A DNA stretch of 64,000 bases from Candidatus Latescibacterota bacterium (GCA_965217585.1 OZ244561.1:6176001-6240000); one strand, 5' to 3'; shown: positions 1 through 10,727, numbered from the stretch's first letter. Program-made: numbers and translations. Notes: a model not told the origin generated them from the letters alone.

Positions 1-128
1 CTGCGCGTGGGTCAATGGGATGAATTGCATTTTTCCCCCGAGTGTGAATCACATCGGCATTCTGCTTGCCCCAAAATAGGGCATAATTACCCCTCAACCA
101 ACTTTTCCCGCAGGGAAGGAAACCAACT

Positions 129-1271
129 ATGAAAATCACGGCCATCAAAACCTTCATGGGGCTATTCAGCGGCCGCAACCGCGGCCTGATCAAGGTCGAA
201 ACCGACGAGGGTATCCACGGCTGGGGCGAGGCGTATTCCATTGGCCCCGACCGGTCGATAGAGCCCATTGCCGACTACATCTTCGAAATGATCAAGGGCG
301 AAGACCCCCGTCGCATCGAGTACATCATGCTCAAACTCACCCAGCAATTCCGCTTTCCCCCTGGCGGCGTCGGCCTAGCGGTGAGTTCGGCCATTGACCA
401 CGCCCTGTGGGACATCTCCGGCAAGGCCGCGGGCCTGCCGGTGTACATGCTGCTGGGCGGCGCCTGCCGCGACCGGGTGCGCGTGTACCAGGGTGCGGGT
501 GGCCGCAACGGCGAGGAGGCGGCCGACAGCGCCCGGCGCCTGAATGAAGAGTGGGGTTTCACGGCGTTCAAGACCAGTCCTTTCCTCCTCAACCCGGACG
601 TCGCCCGCTGGGGCCGCATTTGCGCGGAGGCGGCCAAATACTTTGAGGAGATTCGCCAGCACGCGCCCGCGGACTTTGAATTCGCCTTTGATCCCCACGC
701 CAAGATCTTCGAGCCTGTCCGCGCCCTGCAGTTGGCCAATGCGCTAGCGCCCTACGACCCCTATTTCTACGAAGAGCCTCTGCGTCCCGAGCATACTGCC
801 GCTTGGGCGCGGCTGCGCCAGCAGATGCAGATCCCTTTGGCTACCGGCGAGTGCCTCTACACCCGTTGGGAATTCCTCGACCTGATGGCGGCCCAAGCCG
901 TGGACATCATCCAGCCGGATGTGTGCGTTTGTGGCGGCCTGCTCGAAATGCGCAAAATCGCCGCCATTGCCGAGGCCCACTACGTCACTATAGCGCCGCA
1001 CAACCCCATGGGGCCGGTGGCCACTGCGGTCAACGTGCACTTTGCCTTGGCCACGCCCAACTTCAAAATTCTGGAGTACATTTCTCCTTTGAGCAACGAG
1101 TGGAAGGACTGGGTGGACGAGCCCTACTTGCCCAAGGACGGCTATCTCGAACTGCGCGACCGACCGGGCCTAGGCATCGATGTAAACGAAGACGCCATAA
1201 GCGAGGACCGATACGTCCACTGGCAGCGCACCTGTCCGGTGCGGCCGGATGGATCGACTGGGTACATTTGA
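129..1271 (+). CDS. Mandelate racemase/muconate lactonizing enzyme family (galactonate dehydratase-like)
   Basis: Enolase-superfamily motifs IKVETDEGIHGWGE, AIDHALWDISGKA, DPH/EEP/GE metal ligands, IIQPDV, HNP; AAGGA RBS. Confidence 0.9.
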   Translation: MKITAIKTFMGLFSGRNRGLIKVETDEGIHGWGEAYSIGPDRSIEPIADYIFEMIKGEDPRRIEYIMLKLTQQFRFPPGGVGLAVSSAIDHALWDISGKAAGLPVYMLLGGACRDRVRVYQGAGGRNGEEAADSARRLNEEWGFTAFKTSPFLLNPDVARWGRICAEAAKYFEEIRQHAPADFEFAFDPHAKIFEPVRALQLANALAPYDPYFYEEPLRPEHTAAWARLRQQMQIPLATGECLYTRWEFLDLMAAQAVDIIQPDVCVCGGLLEMRKIAAIAEAHYVTIAPHNPMGPVATAVNVHFALATPNFKILEYISPLSNEWKDWVDEPYLPKDGYLELRDRPGLGIDVNEDAISEDRYVHWQRTCPVRPDGSTGYI

Positions 1272-1292
1272 GTCCCGGTGTGGTCCAGAGGC

Positions 1293-2360
1293 CTAGCGTA
1301 CTACTACTTGTCTCACTTTGACGCGGCGCGCAGTGCCCTCCGGCCCCTGTACGGTGAGCACGACCGTGTATCCCCCGGCTTCTTGGTACTGGTGTATGGG
1401 ATGTTGTTCGGCAGAGGTAGTGCCATCGTCAAAATCCCACGCCCAAGAGGTGATGGTGCCGTAGGAAAGGTCTTTGAAGGCCACTAATCTGCGGTCCATA
1501 TCCACCACTTGGAATTCCCACTGCGCTTCGAGCGGCTTGCGCAAGTGGCTTGCGAGCGGCATGAGCCGAAAGGCGCACAAATTCGAGGCGTCTGAGTCCA
1601 TGCGAGTCTTGTGGGAGAGATTCCAGAAACCTTCGTACGAGCTATTGCTCTCGTCGTAGTCGAGTATGGCCCACGACAGGCCGATGAGGGCATTTTCCAC
1701 TAGCTTGGACACCACCGCTCGCTCGGGTCCCTCATAGGGGGCATAGTCAAAAGGGGTGATCCAAAATTCGAGCACTAGCTGGCCGCGCTCGCCCTCGGCA
1801 AAATCGTAGGAGTACGCGTGGTTGGCGTAGGGCAGCCGGCCGATCCACGGCTGACAGCCCCAGACGAAAGTCCAGTCGCGGCCCGCTCCGGGCGGCGTGA
1901 AGATGTGGTAGTTCTGTGCGTGTACCCCCTTGAACGCAAAGTGGCTGTCCCACTCATCCAACTGGGGGTTGTGTATGTTGGGACCGCCCGAGCGGTCCGC
2001 ATCGACGGCGACTTCGAAGATATCCCCGCGACGGTAGTGCATGTTCCAGTAGTCATCGCGGGCTTCGTAGAGGAAGTAGAGCCGGTTCAGACCATGGACC
2101 CAGCCCACCCGCACGGCGACATCGAGGTCTTCGAGGTCGTGATTGGTGCCCTTGCCCTTGACGGTTTCTGCCAGTTCCTCGGTTCCAATTACATAGGATT
2201 GGGGTACGATCTCCCAGTCGTCGGTCCGCCCATCAATGCGGGGTATCATAGTGGGGGGAAACTGGAAGATTGGGAACTCTTTGTCGGGACGTTCAAGCGC
2301 TCGTGCAGGGGCAAGGGTCAACAGAGCCAGCCCCAGGAATCCAGCCAGATTTCGCTTCAT
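1293..2360 (-). CDS. Secreted protein with CBM9/DOMON-like domain and C-terminal PKD domain
   Basis: N-terminal signal peptide; PRIDGxxDDW; C-terminal WAWDFDDGTTS...HQY..AG.YTVVLTV PKD signature; GGAGG RBS. Confidence 0.75.
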   Translation of the reverse strand: MKRNLAGFLGLALLTLAPARALERPDKEFPIFQFPPTMIPRIDGRTDDWEIVPQSYVIGTEELAETVKGKGTNHDLEDLDVAVRVGWVHGLNRLYFLYEARDDYWNMHYRRGDIFEVAVDADRSGGPNIHNPQLDEWDSHFAFKGVHAQNYHIFTPPGAGRDWTFVWGCQPWIGRLPYANHAYSYDFAEGERGQLVLEFWITPFDYAPYEGPERAVVSKLVENALIGLSWAILDYDESNSSYEGFWNLSHKTRMDSDASNLCAFRLMPLASHLRKPLEAQWEFQVVDMDRRLVAFKDLSYGTITSWAWDFDDGTTSAEQHPIHQYQEAGGYTVVLTVQGPEGTARRVKVRQVVVR

Positions 2361-2443
2361 GTTGGAAAATCCTCCAAGTGGTTTTGGGTATAGCGGCGGA
2401 AATTAAACGAAAACGCCTAAGTACACGACAGTAGAAGCGGTAT

Positions 2444-2473
2444 GAGATGCTTCGCTTCGCTCAGCATGACAGG
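2444..2473. repeat. Half of a REP-like intergenic palindromic element (GAGATGCTTCGCTTCGCTCAGCATGACAGG)
   Basis: Resembles one arm of the GTCATCCTGAGCGAAGCGAAGGATCTC-type intergenic repeats; a degenerate second copy lies at 39246-39275. Confidence 0.5.
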
Positions 2474-2652
2474 CCGGGGTCACAGTCCAATAACTCTTCC
2501 CGTGGTGCTCTTCGGCGCAGAGACCTGAGGATGAAATTCAAGTTACTGTCGTATGCTCCGTATTCTACCTATTTTGACTGCCAGCGAAAAATTGCACGAC
2601 ATCCAACTACTAGTCTACTGTTTGCAATTCACCCAAGCGAGAAAGTGCGTTT

Positions 2653-3927
2653 ATGACGATCGTCCAATGCGCGACTTGTTCAGCATATCGTCGCCATCTC
2701 TCCGCGTGGATATTGCTGGTCCTCGGCGCGGTCTGGTCTGGCTGCGCCGACGTTCCCGATGATGGGAATGTGATCTTGAAGATCGTCTGGATGGGCCCGG
2801 AACTCGAGACCTACGGGATCTGGAAAGAGGGGTTCGAGGCGGAACATCCCGGCGTGACCATTGAACAGCAATACGTCTCCTATGACCAGGGGCCGACGTT
2901 TTACAATACCATGATACAGGGCGACAACCTGCCCGATCTGGGCTTTCTCTTCATGGGAATGATCCCCGAATATGCCGAGCGGGGCGTGCTGGAGCCGCTA
3001 GATGCTTTTATGACCGCGGCCGAACGAGACGAGTGGATCGACGTCGCCCTGAGCGCAGGTGAGTATAAGGGAAAAACCTACGGGGTGCCGCTGGTGGGGG
3101 CCAACCGGACGCTCTACGTGCGCCGGGACTGGATGCAGAAGGCGGGAGCGCTAGAAGCTCCGACGACGTGGGAAGGGGTCCGCGCGCTGGCGAATAAGCT
3201 CAACCGGCCGCCCGAGCGCTATGGATTTTGTATCGGCGCAGGCCGGCAGAAACACCTGATGCAGGATCAGATCGCAATGATGTGGGGGTTTGGGGCCCGC
3301 TTCTTCGACCGCGAGGGCAAGCTGGCGATCAACAGCCCCCAAGCCATCGCCTATGTCGAATTCTTGACCGACCTGCACCTTTTGGACCAGGTCATGCCTC
3401 CGGGCATTCTGAATTTGAACTCCAATGAATGTTATGCCGAGATGGCCGCGGGCAAGGTGGGGATGTTGTTCAGCGGACCGTGGCAGGACGGGCTGTGCCG
3501 GGATGCGGGCGTTGAATGCGAGCCTTTGATGATCCCGGAGGGCGAGGATCGGAAGATGCTGCTCATTGTCGATGTCTTCGGCATGTTTTCCACCTCGCGG
3601 CACAAAGACCTAGGGTATGAATTCATGCGTTTTATCCAACGCTTGGAAAATCGCCGGTTGATCGATATGGAAGTGGGGGGCGTGCCCATGACGAAAGACG
3701 TGGCCGCCGATCCCTACTACCAGTCGATCCCAATACAGAATTATCAGGTGCAAATGGAGTTGCTGCAATTGACGCCCCAACATCCAGAATGGACCAAGAT
3801 CCAGGATGGATGGGGCGAGGCGATCCAGATGGTCTTGGCGGGTACGGCGACCCCTGCCGAGGCACTCAATACCGTGTACGATCGCTTGATGAAAGAGTTG
3901 GAAAACCCGGCGCTACCCATGCCTTGA
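2653..3927 (+). CDS. Sugar ABC transporter substrate-binding lipoprotein
   Basis: Lipobox VWSGC; FEAEHPGVTIE, YKGKTYGVP, PTTW, GKVGM motifs. Confidence 0.9.
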   Translation: MTIVQCATCSAYRRHLSAWILLVLGAVWSGCADVPDDGNVILKIVWMGPELETYGIWKEGFEAEHPGVTIEQQYVSYDQGPTFYNTMIQGDNLPDLGFLFMGMIPEYAERGVLEPLDAFMTAAERDEWIDVALSAGEYKGKTYGVPLVGANRTLYVRRDWMQKAGALEAPTTWEGVRALANKLNRPPERYGFCIGAGRQKHLMQDQIAMMWGFGARFFDREGKLAINSPQAIAYVEFLTDLHLLDQVMPPGILNLNSNECYAEMAAGKVGMLFSGPWQDGLCRDAGVECEPLMIPEGEDRKMLLIVDVFGMFSTSRHKDLGYEFMRFIQRLENRRLIDMEVGGVPMTKDVAADPYYQSIPIQNYQVQMELLQLTPQHPEWTKIQDGWGEAIQMVLAGTATPAEALNTVYDRLMKELENPALPMP

Positions 3928-3964
3928 GGCCGCATTTTCGCTCGGGAAATGTAGGGGAGTTATC

Positions 3965-4837
3965 GTGGAAAGAGAGAAACGCCGGCTGGCCTATTTTTAC
4001 ATTGCGCCAGCGGCCCTATGGCTGCTGCTGTTCATGGGATTTCCCATTGTCGAGATCCTCAAGACCAGCCTCTACCACACCTCCTACAAAGGGGAGGTCT
4101 TTGTGGGAGCGCAGAACTACACGGGCCTGGTCGGGGACGACATTTTTCTGCTGGTGCTCAAAAACACAGTGGTGTGGACGGCGCTCGCCGTACTGATGAA
4201 TGTGGGAGCGGGCTTGGCCGCCGCTCTATTGTTGAGTCGCAGTACGATCCTCTGCGAATTGATTCGCAGCTCGTTGATCCTCGCCTGGGCCACGCCGCTG
4301 GTAGTGGCGGCCATCGCCTGGAAGTGGATGTACAACGGCGAGTACGGACACCTCAACGCATTGTTACTGTCGCTGCATATCGTCGATCATCCCGTGCAGT
4401 GGTTGACGAGTGCTTCTACGGCGTTTGGCGGTGCCCTATTCGCCCGTCTGTGGACGGCGCTGCCATTTACCACCTTTGCATTCCTCTCGGCCTTGCAGTC
4501 CATTCCCGTCCATCTGTACGAGGCCGCCATTATAGACGGGACTACGGCATGGCAGAAGTTTTGGTATATCACCGTACCCCTGCTCCGTCCGGTCGCGCTG
4601 GCGGTTTTGTTGATCAGTTTCATCTGGTCCTTCAATAGCTTTGTCTTTATCTACGTGATCACCGGGGGTGGACCGGCCAACCAGACCCAGATCATGGTCA
4701 CGGAGATCTTTCGCCGCGCCTTTGGTTACTTCAACTTTGGCCAAGCCAGCAGTATGGCCTTTTTGGCCTTCTTGCTGCTGGTCGCCATCAGCTTGCTCCA
4801 GTGGCGTCTCTTCTACAAGGAAGAGGCTGAGTCGTGA
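3965..4837 (+). CDS. Sugar ABC transporter permease
   Basis: Hydrophobic; EAA motif LYEAAIIDGTTAWQKFWYITVPLL. Confidence 0.92.
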   Translation: MEREKRRLAYFYIAPAALWLLLFMGFPIVEILKTSLYHTSYKGEVFVGAQNYTGLVGDDIFLLVLKNTVVWTALAVLMNVGAGLAAALLLSRSTILCELIRSSLILAWATPLVVAAIAWKWMYNGEYGHLNALLLSLHIVDHPVQWLTSASTAFGGALFARLWTALPFTTFAFLSALQSIPVHLYEAAIIDGTTAWQKFWYITVPLLRPVALAVLLISFIWSFNSFVFIYVITGGGPANQTQIMVTEIFRRAFGYFNFGQASSMAFLAFLLLVAISLLQWRLFYKEEAES

Positions 4838-5670
4838 GATCTGTTTCCACACTGCCCGTCGCGCTGTTGCGCACCACGCTTATGGCGGGGGTTGCGGTCT
4901 TCACCCTCTTGCCGCTGTTAGTCGTCGCCGGCACCTCGTTAAAGACCTTGGGGGAAGTATTTCAATCGCCGGCGACGCTGATCCCGCGCGCGTTTGTATG
5001 GCACAACTACGTGGATATTTTTGTCCGGATTCCAATGGCGCGGCATCTGTTGAACAGTCTGTTCATCGCCTTGGCTGCGGTATTTTTCAACATCATTGTG
5101 GCGGCTCCGGCGGCCTATGCCATGGCGCGCATCAAATTTCGCGGGCGCGGTTTATTCGGCATGAGCATCCTAGTGGTGCAGATGTTTTCGCCGGTGATTG
5201 TCCTCATTCCCTTGTTCGAGATGATGAAAGCCCTGCAGCTGCTGGATACGTACACGGCCTTGATCTTGGTGAATACGGCGATAACCCTGCCGTTTTCCAT
5301 CTGGATGTTGCGAGGGTTTTTCAAGAACATCCCAGAGGAATTGGAGGACGCCGCCATGATCGACGGCCTCTCGAGGACGGGGATGATCTTCAGAATCGCC
5401 CTGCCGCTGACGGCCCCCGGGCTGACGACTACGGCCATTTTCACCTTTGTCAGCGCTTGGAACGAATTCATCTTTGCGCTAGTGCTGGTTTCCAAACGGA
5501 CCATGCAACCGATTACCATGGCGCTCTACGCCTGGGAAAAAAACAACGTGGTGGAGTGGAATTATTTGATGGCCACCGCCGTGGTGGCCACGGTACCCAC
5601 GATCTTGCTGTTTCTGCTGGTCAGAAAGCGGTTGACGGCCGGTTTGATGGCGGGTGCAGTTAAGGCGTGA
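4834..5670 (+). CDS. Carbohydrate ABC transporter permease
   Basis: EAA motif ELEDAAMIDG; C-terminal GLMAGAVK; 4-nt overlap with the previous gene. Confidence 0.92.
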   Translation: MRSVSTLPVALLRTTLMAGVAVFTLLPLLVVAGTSLKTLGEVFQSPATLIPRAFVWHNYVDIFVRIPMARHLLNSLFIALAAVFFNIIVAAPAAYAMARIKFRGRGLFGMSILVVQMFSPVIVLIPLFEMMKALQLLDTYTALILVNTAITLPFSIWMLRGFFKNIPEELEDAAMIDGLSRTGMIFRIALPLTAPGLTTTAIFTFVSAWNEFIFALVLVSKRTMQPITMALYAWEKNNVVEWNYLMATAVVATVPTILLFLLVRKRLTAGLMAGAVKA

Positions 5671-7628
5671 GGAGAACTGTCGTGGTCGCCAACGCCCATC
5701 CATTGACCCCGTCCCCCGTCCGGCCGCTCTGGGCCTTGTCCGCGGGGACGGCCTTGAGCGTTCTAGTCGCTTTTTGGGGGCCTTATAATAGCTTGGTGGT
5801 GCGCGGTTCCTACCTGACTATTGACTTTACCACCGCGGCCGCAGTTTTCCTGCTGTTTTTCCTCGCCCTGTTCGTCAATGGTCTGCTACGCCGTTTCCTC
5901 CCCTACCTAGCTCTGTCTTCGGGGGAACTGGCCATTGCCTATGTGATGGCGGCCATTTCCTGTTCTATATGTACCATGGGGCTGACCCTGTACCTGATTC
6001 CCATCCTGCCGGCGATTTCCTATCTGGCCTCCCCCGAAAACCAATGGGCCGAACTCATTCATCCCTTTGTGCCGCACTGGCTGGTGCCCCAAGGCGAGGA
6101 CGTCATCCGCGGCTTTTACGAGGGCATTGCCCGCGACCAGCCCATTCCTTGGATGGCTTGGATCCGCCCCCTGCTGAACTGGCTGCCAGTCTTGTTGGGC
6201 CTGTACATGGTCATGATCGCGCTGGCCATTCTCTTCCGCCGCCAGTGGATCGAATACGAGCGCTTGGCCTATCCCCTGGCCCAACTGCCCCTGGTGATGG
6301 GCACCCAGCAGCCCGGTCGCGCCCTCAATCCCTTTTTTCGCAGTCCGGTGATGTGGATCGGCTTTGCCGTCCCCTTCATCGTCACTTCGCTCAACGGCCT
6401 CAACGCCTACTTCCACTTCATCCCCCGCATCGTCCTCAACACCAGCGTACCCGTCTTCCACGGCATGGAGGGCCTGACCATCAACCTCAGTTTCCCCATG
6501 ATGGGCTTTGCCTACCTCATTCACCAGGAAGTGGCGCTCAGCGTCTGGTTTTTCTATTTGCTGGGCTACGCAGTCAAAAACTATTTCAGCGTTATCGGCC
6601 TCACCCGCACCCTCGACCTAGATATCTACACGCAGAGCGATGGCGGCCCGATCATGGCCTTCGTCCAGTTCGGTGCCCTCATGGCCTTGGTGGGCCACAC
6701 CCTGTGGATCGCCCGTCGGCACCTGCGGCAGAGCTGGAAGGCGGCCCTGCATCCGGAAATCGCCTCCAGCGACGACTTTTCGGCCCGGGCCGTTTATCTG
6801 CAACTGTTTCTGGGCTTGGCGCTGATGACCGGATGGTTTATTGCCATCGGGGTGCCTTGGTGGGCCGCCCTTACTTTTGTGCTGATGGCTTCGCTCACCT
6901 TTCTGGGCATCACCCGCATTCTCTGCGAATCGGGCTTGGCCGCCACCCGGGCTCAATTGATCACCCCCACGGTGGTCCGCAGTTTTTTCGGTACCCAGGG
7001 GCTGGGTGCCCCCGGTACCATAGGCGTGCTTTCCTTCGGCCAGGTGTGGATGAGCGATGTGCGCACCTTTGTCATGGCTGCGACGGCCAACGGCCTCAAG
7101 CTGACCGAATCGATCCGCAACAAGGGCTTGGTCCTGGGCAGCATGATACTGGCAGTGGTCCTGAGTCTGGGCGTATCGGTGTGGACGACCCTATACTACT
7201 CCTACGAGAGCGGTGCCAACAACGCCAATACTTGGTTTTTTCTTAACGGCCCCCGCTACACCGTTGACTTTGCGGCCAATTATCTGCGCAATCCGGCCGG
7301 ACCAGATTATAGCGGCCTAGGCCTGATGGCTTTGGGCGGGGCGGTCATGGCCGTCCTCTACTGGATCCGCAGTCATCTGCTGACCTTCCCCATCCACCCC
7401 ATAGGCTGGGCCGTCTCGCAGATGATGCTGACCCGCCACATCTGGTTCAGTGTCTTTTTAGTGTGGCTGTTCAAGGCCGTGCTGATGCGCTACGGCGGCC
7501 CCCGGGTGCTCAAGGCAGTGCGGCCTTTTTTTTTGGGGCTTATCCTCGGTCAATTCGCCGTTATCGCTTTTTGGCTGATCGTCGACCTGATCACGGGCGA
7601 ACAGGGGCACGGGCTCTACTGGGTGTGA
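5667..7628 (+). CDS. Large polytopic membrane protein, DUF6785/DUF6784-like (putative transporter)
   Basis: Many TM segments; RRQWIEYERLAYPLAQLP and HPIGW...RYGG....K...PFFLGLILG motifs; GTGA overlap with the permease. Confidence 0.7.
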   Translation: MRRTVVVANAHPLTPSPVRPLWALSAGTALSVLVAFWGPYNSLVVRGSYLTIDFTTAAAVFLLFFLALFVNGLLRRFLPYLALSSGELAIAYVMAAISCSICTMGLTLYLIPILPAISYLASPENQWAELIHPFVPHWLVPQGEDVIRGFYEGIARDQPIPWMAWIRPLLNWLPVLLGLYMVMIALAILFRRQWIEYERLAYPLAQLPLVMGTQQPGRALNPFFRSPVMWIGFAVPFIVTSLNGLNAYFHFIPRIVLNTSVPVFHGMEGLTINLSFPMMGFAYLIHQEVALSVWFFYLLGYAVKNYFSVIGLTRTLDLDIYTQSDGGPIMAFVQFGALMALVGHTLWIARRHLRQSWKAALHPEIASSDDFSARAVYLQLFLGLALMTGWFIAIGVPWWAALTFVLMASLTFLGITRILCESGLAATRAQLITPTVVRSFFGTQGLGAPGTIGVLSFGQVWMSDVRTFVMAATANGLKLTESIRNKGLVLGSMILAVVLSLGVSVWTTLYYSYESGANNANTWFFLNGPRYTVDFAANYLRNPAGPDYSGLGLMALGGAVMAVLYWIRSHLLTFPIHPIGWAVSQMMLTRHIWFSVFLVWLFKAVLMRYGGPRVLKAVRPFFLGLILGQFAVIAFWLIVDLITGEQGHGLYWV

Positions 7629-7729
7629 AAATGGCCCAACGCAAAAGCCCTCCTGAGCGGCAGCTTCAATAATAATGAAGAGGATCTACCAGTGGCACCC
7701 TACCTCTCCCAACAGAAAGGAGTTCGGAA

Positions 7730-9628
7730 ATGGATACACGGCTGGGCGCGGCCAAACATGTTAGTACGCCGTGGGCCTTGCGCCGCTATCGGATGCTGGC
7801 GGAGTGGGAGCAGCGGGCGGCGGCGATTCGTCGGCACATTCTCGTCTGCGCGGGATTGTGGCCGCTGCCGGAGAAGACGCCGCTCAAGGCGCAGGTTTTT
7901 GGGCGGATTGAGCGGGAGGACTATGCGGTGGAAAAGGTCTTTTTCGAGAGCTTGCCCGGCTTTTTTGTCTGCGGCAATCTGTACCGGCCGCTGGGCGAGG
8001 GGCCTTTTCCGGCGCTTGCCTGTCCGCACGGCCACTGGGGGCTGGGGCGTCTCGAAAATACCGAGCTAGGGTCGATTGCGGGTCGCTGCATCAACTTCGC
8101 GCGGCAGGGCATGGTGGCCTTTTCGTACGACATGGTTGGCTACAACGACAGCGACCAATTCGTGCATCGGGAGATTGGGGGGCGGCGCGAGGCCCTGTGG
8201 GGGATCGGTGCGCTGAGCTTGCAACTGTGGAACAGCATTCGGGTGGTTGACTTCCTCGCCTCGCTGGCGGATGTCGATGCCGAGCGCATTGGCTGCACGG
8301 GCGCATCCGGTGGGGGGACGCAGACCTTTTTGCTAATGGCGGTTGATGAGCGGATTAAGGCGGCGGCTCCCGTCAACATGGTCTCGGCCCTTATGCAGGG
8401 CGGCTGTCGCTGCGAGAATCAGGGCCACTTGCGGCTGGACATCAACAATGTGGAAATCGCGAGTTGCATGGCGCCGAGGCCCTTGTTGATGGTGTCGTGT
8501 ACCGGCGACTGGACGGCGAACACGCCGGAGGTTGAGTTTCCGGCGGTGCGCGCGATCTACGGTCTCTACGGAGCGCAGAACAAGGTGAGCGAGGTGCAGA
8601 TAGACGCTCCGCACAACTACAACCAGCCGAGCCGCGAGGCGGTGTACGCGTTTTTCAAGCGCCACCTGCTCGGTGGGCAAGGACGGGTCGCCGAACAGCC
8701 GTTTGCCGTGGAGCAGGACGAGGATTTGCTGGTGTTCAACGGGCGCGAAAAACCAGCCCATGCGCTCGACTCGCAAGGGGTCTTTGCGGCCGTGATCGCC
8801 CGCAGCGAGAAGCGCTTGGCCGCGCGGTTGGCAGCAGCCCACATCCGGCGCTTCCAGCGGGAGACGCGCCCGGCGCTGGCGAGCCTGCTCGGGGTGGATG
8901 CCGCGCCTCAAGTCGCGGTGGAGAGCTTGGGATTTCGCCGCGAGGAAGGCTATGTGGCTGAGGAACTGGTTTTGGGGCGCGTGGGCCGAGGGGAATGGGT
9001 GCGAGCGACGTTTTTTCTTCCGCGTGGTCCCCAAGGCAAGGTGCCAGCGACGCTGATTGCCGATGCGCATTGGGGTGGCGATGAGCCGGGTGCGCTGGCG
9101 CAGGGCTTGTTGCAGACAGGGGGGGCCGTGCTGGTCGTCGCTCCCTTCCTGACCGATGGAGCAGAGCGGGAAGGGCACGACGAGGCGGATCCCCTGTACC
9201 ACACGTACAATCAGGCAACGATAGCTTGCCGGGTACAGGACATCCTCACGGGTCTGGCCTATCTGGGCCAGCACCTGCGCGTGGGCAAGCGCCACCTCGT
9301 CGGTCAGGGCGAGGCTGGCATCTGGTGCTTGTTTGCACGGGCGCTGACAGATGGCGTCAGTAGCACCGCGGTGGACTGGGACGGCTGCGATCTGGGCGAT
9401 GACGAAGCGTGGAGCGGAGCGCTTTTCGCGCCGGGGATTCGCGCGCTGGGCGATGTGCGGACGGCGCTGGCGTTGTGCGCGCCGGGGCGGCTGTTGGTAC
9501 ATGGGGCCGGGGAGCATTTCCCGGAGCACATCGCCAGACGATGCTATCGCGCGACAGGTAAGGGAGCGCAGCTTGTGGTTGAGGCTGAGGGGATGGGCGA
9601 GGATGCGATTGTCGAGTGGATCAACTAG
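7730..9628 (+). CDS. Acetylxylan esterase-like alpha/beta hydrolase (two-domain)
   Basis: VEKVFFESLPG, CPHGH, nucleophile motif CTGASGGG, HNYN; degenerate second hydrolase domain. Confidence 0.8.
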   Translation: MDTRLGAAKHVSTPWALRRYRMLAEWEQRAAAIRRHILVCAGLWPLPEKTPLKAQVFGRIEREDYAVEKVFFESLPGFFVCGNLYRPLGEGPFPALACPHGHWGLGRLENTELGSIAGRCINFARQGMVAFSYDMVGYNDSDQFVHREIGGRREALWGIGALSLQLWNSIRVVDFLASLADVDAERIGCTGASGGGTQTFLLMAVDERIKAAAPVNMVSALMQGGCRCENQGHLRLDINNVEIASCMAPRPLLMVSCTGDWTANTPEVEFPAVRAIYGLYGAQNKVSEVQIDAPHNYNQPSREAVYAFFKRHLLGGQGRVAEQPFAVEQDEDLLVFNGREKPAHALDSQGVFAAVIARSEKRLAARLAAAHIRRFQRETRPALASLLGVDAAPQVAVESLGFRREEGYVAEELVLGRVGRGEWVRATFFLPRGPQGKVPATLIADAHWGGDEPGALAQGLLQTGGAVLVVAPFLTDGAEREGHDEADPLYHTYNQATIACRVQDILTGLAYLGQHLRVGKRHLVGQGEAGIWCLFARALTDGVSSTAVDWDGCDLGDDEAWSGALFAPGIRALGDVRTALALCAPGRLLVHGAGEHFPEHIARRCYRATGKGAQLVVEAEGMGEDAIVEWIN

Positions 9629-9662
9629 TACGGATAGCTAACCACCAACAAAGGAAGACGAC

Positions 9663-10727
9663 ATGGCAGAAAAGTACCGAGTAGGCATTACCGGCTGCGG
9701 CAGCATCGCCAACTACCACATGCAAGGCTGGAACGGGGTGGACCAAGTCGAGGTCGTGGCGCTGGCCGATCCGGTGGCTGCGGCGCGGGAGGAGTTCGGC
9801 AAGCGACATGGGATCGCCCAACGCTACGAGGATTGCCGCCAAATGCTCGACGACGAGGCGCTCGACATTGTCTCGATTTGCACTTGGCACAAGTTGCACG
9901 CGCCGATGACGATTGCCGCCTGTGCGCGCAAGCCCAAAGCCGTGCTGTGCGAAAAACCCATGGCGACGAGTCTGGGCGATTGCAACGACATGCTAATTGC
10001 CGCCCGGCGCAACCAGGTCAAGTTGGCCATTGCCCATCAGCGCCGCTTCAATCCGGCGTGGACCTTGGCCAAGGAACTGGTGGCAGCAGGGGCTATCGGC
10101 GAGGTGCGGCAGGTCAATGCGCGCGGCGGACAGGGCTTGCTCAACGATTGCTCGCACCTGTTGGACATGATGCGCTATGTGATGAGCGATCCACAGGCGG
10201 TGTGGGTGATGGGCAATATCGAGCGCAAGACCGAGCGCTTTGAGCGCGACATCCCCATTGAGGATCGCAGTCTGTGCGTGGTGCAATTCGACAACGGGGC
10301 CATCGGCCAGCTTTTGCAGGAATTGGCCGGCCCGAATTACCAAGGCGGGATCTTCTACGGCTCGGAGGGTATAATTGAACTCGACGAGAGTAAGGTGCGG
10401 CTGCTCAACAGCCAGACCGGCACTTGGGAGGAGCGTCCGGGCGAGGGTGAGGACCCCAGCGTTGGGCAGCAGCGCGAGATTGTGGAGTGGATCGAAGGCA
10501 AGGTCGAGCATCGCGGCCAAGCGGAAAACGGCCGAGCGGCGGTGGAGATCATCATGGCCACGTACGAGTCGGCGCGGCTACACGAGGTGACGGCGCTGCC
10601 TTTGCGGACGATGGCTTCGCCGTTGGAGGTGATGATCGAGGCGGGGGATTTGCCGGTAGAGCGCCCGGGCCGCTACGACATCCGCGCCTTTCTGCTGCGC
10701 GGCGAGGATATGCAGCCGGAGGGCTAG
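9663..10727 (+). CDS. Gfo/Idh/MocA family oxidoreductase
   Basis: GCGSIA Rossmann motif, LCEKPMA, HQRRF. Confidence 0.9.
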   Translation: MAEKYRVGITGCGSIANYHMQGWNGVDQVEVVALADPVAAAREEFGKRHGIAQRYEDCRQMLDDEALDIVSICTWHKLHAPMTIAACARKPKAVLCEKPMATSLGDCNDMLIAARRNQVKLAIAHQRRFNPAWTLAKELVAAGAIGEVRQVNARGGQGLLNDCSHLLDMMRYVMSDPQAVWVMGNIERKTERFERDIPIEDRSLCVVQFDNGAIGQLLQELAGPNYQGGIFYGSEGIIELDESKVRLLNSQTGTWEERPGEGEDPSVGQQREIVEWIEGKVEHRGQAENGRAAVEIIMATYESARLHEVTALPLRTMASPLEVMIEAGDLPVERPGRYDIRAFLLRGEDMQPEG

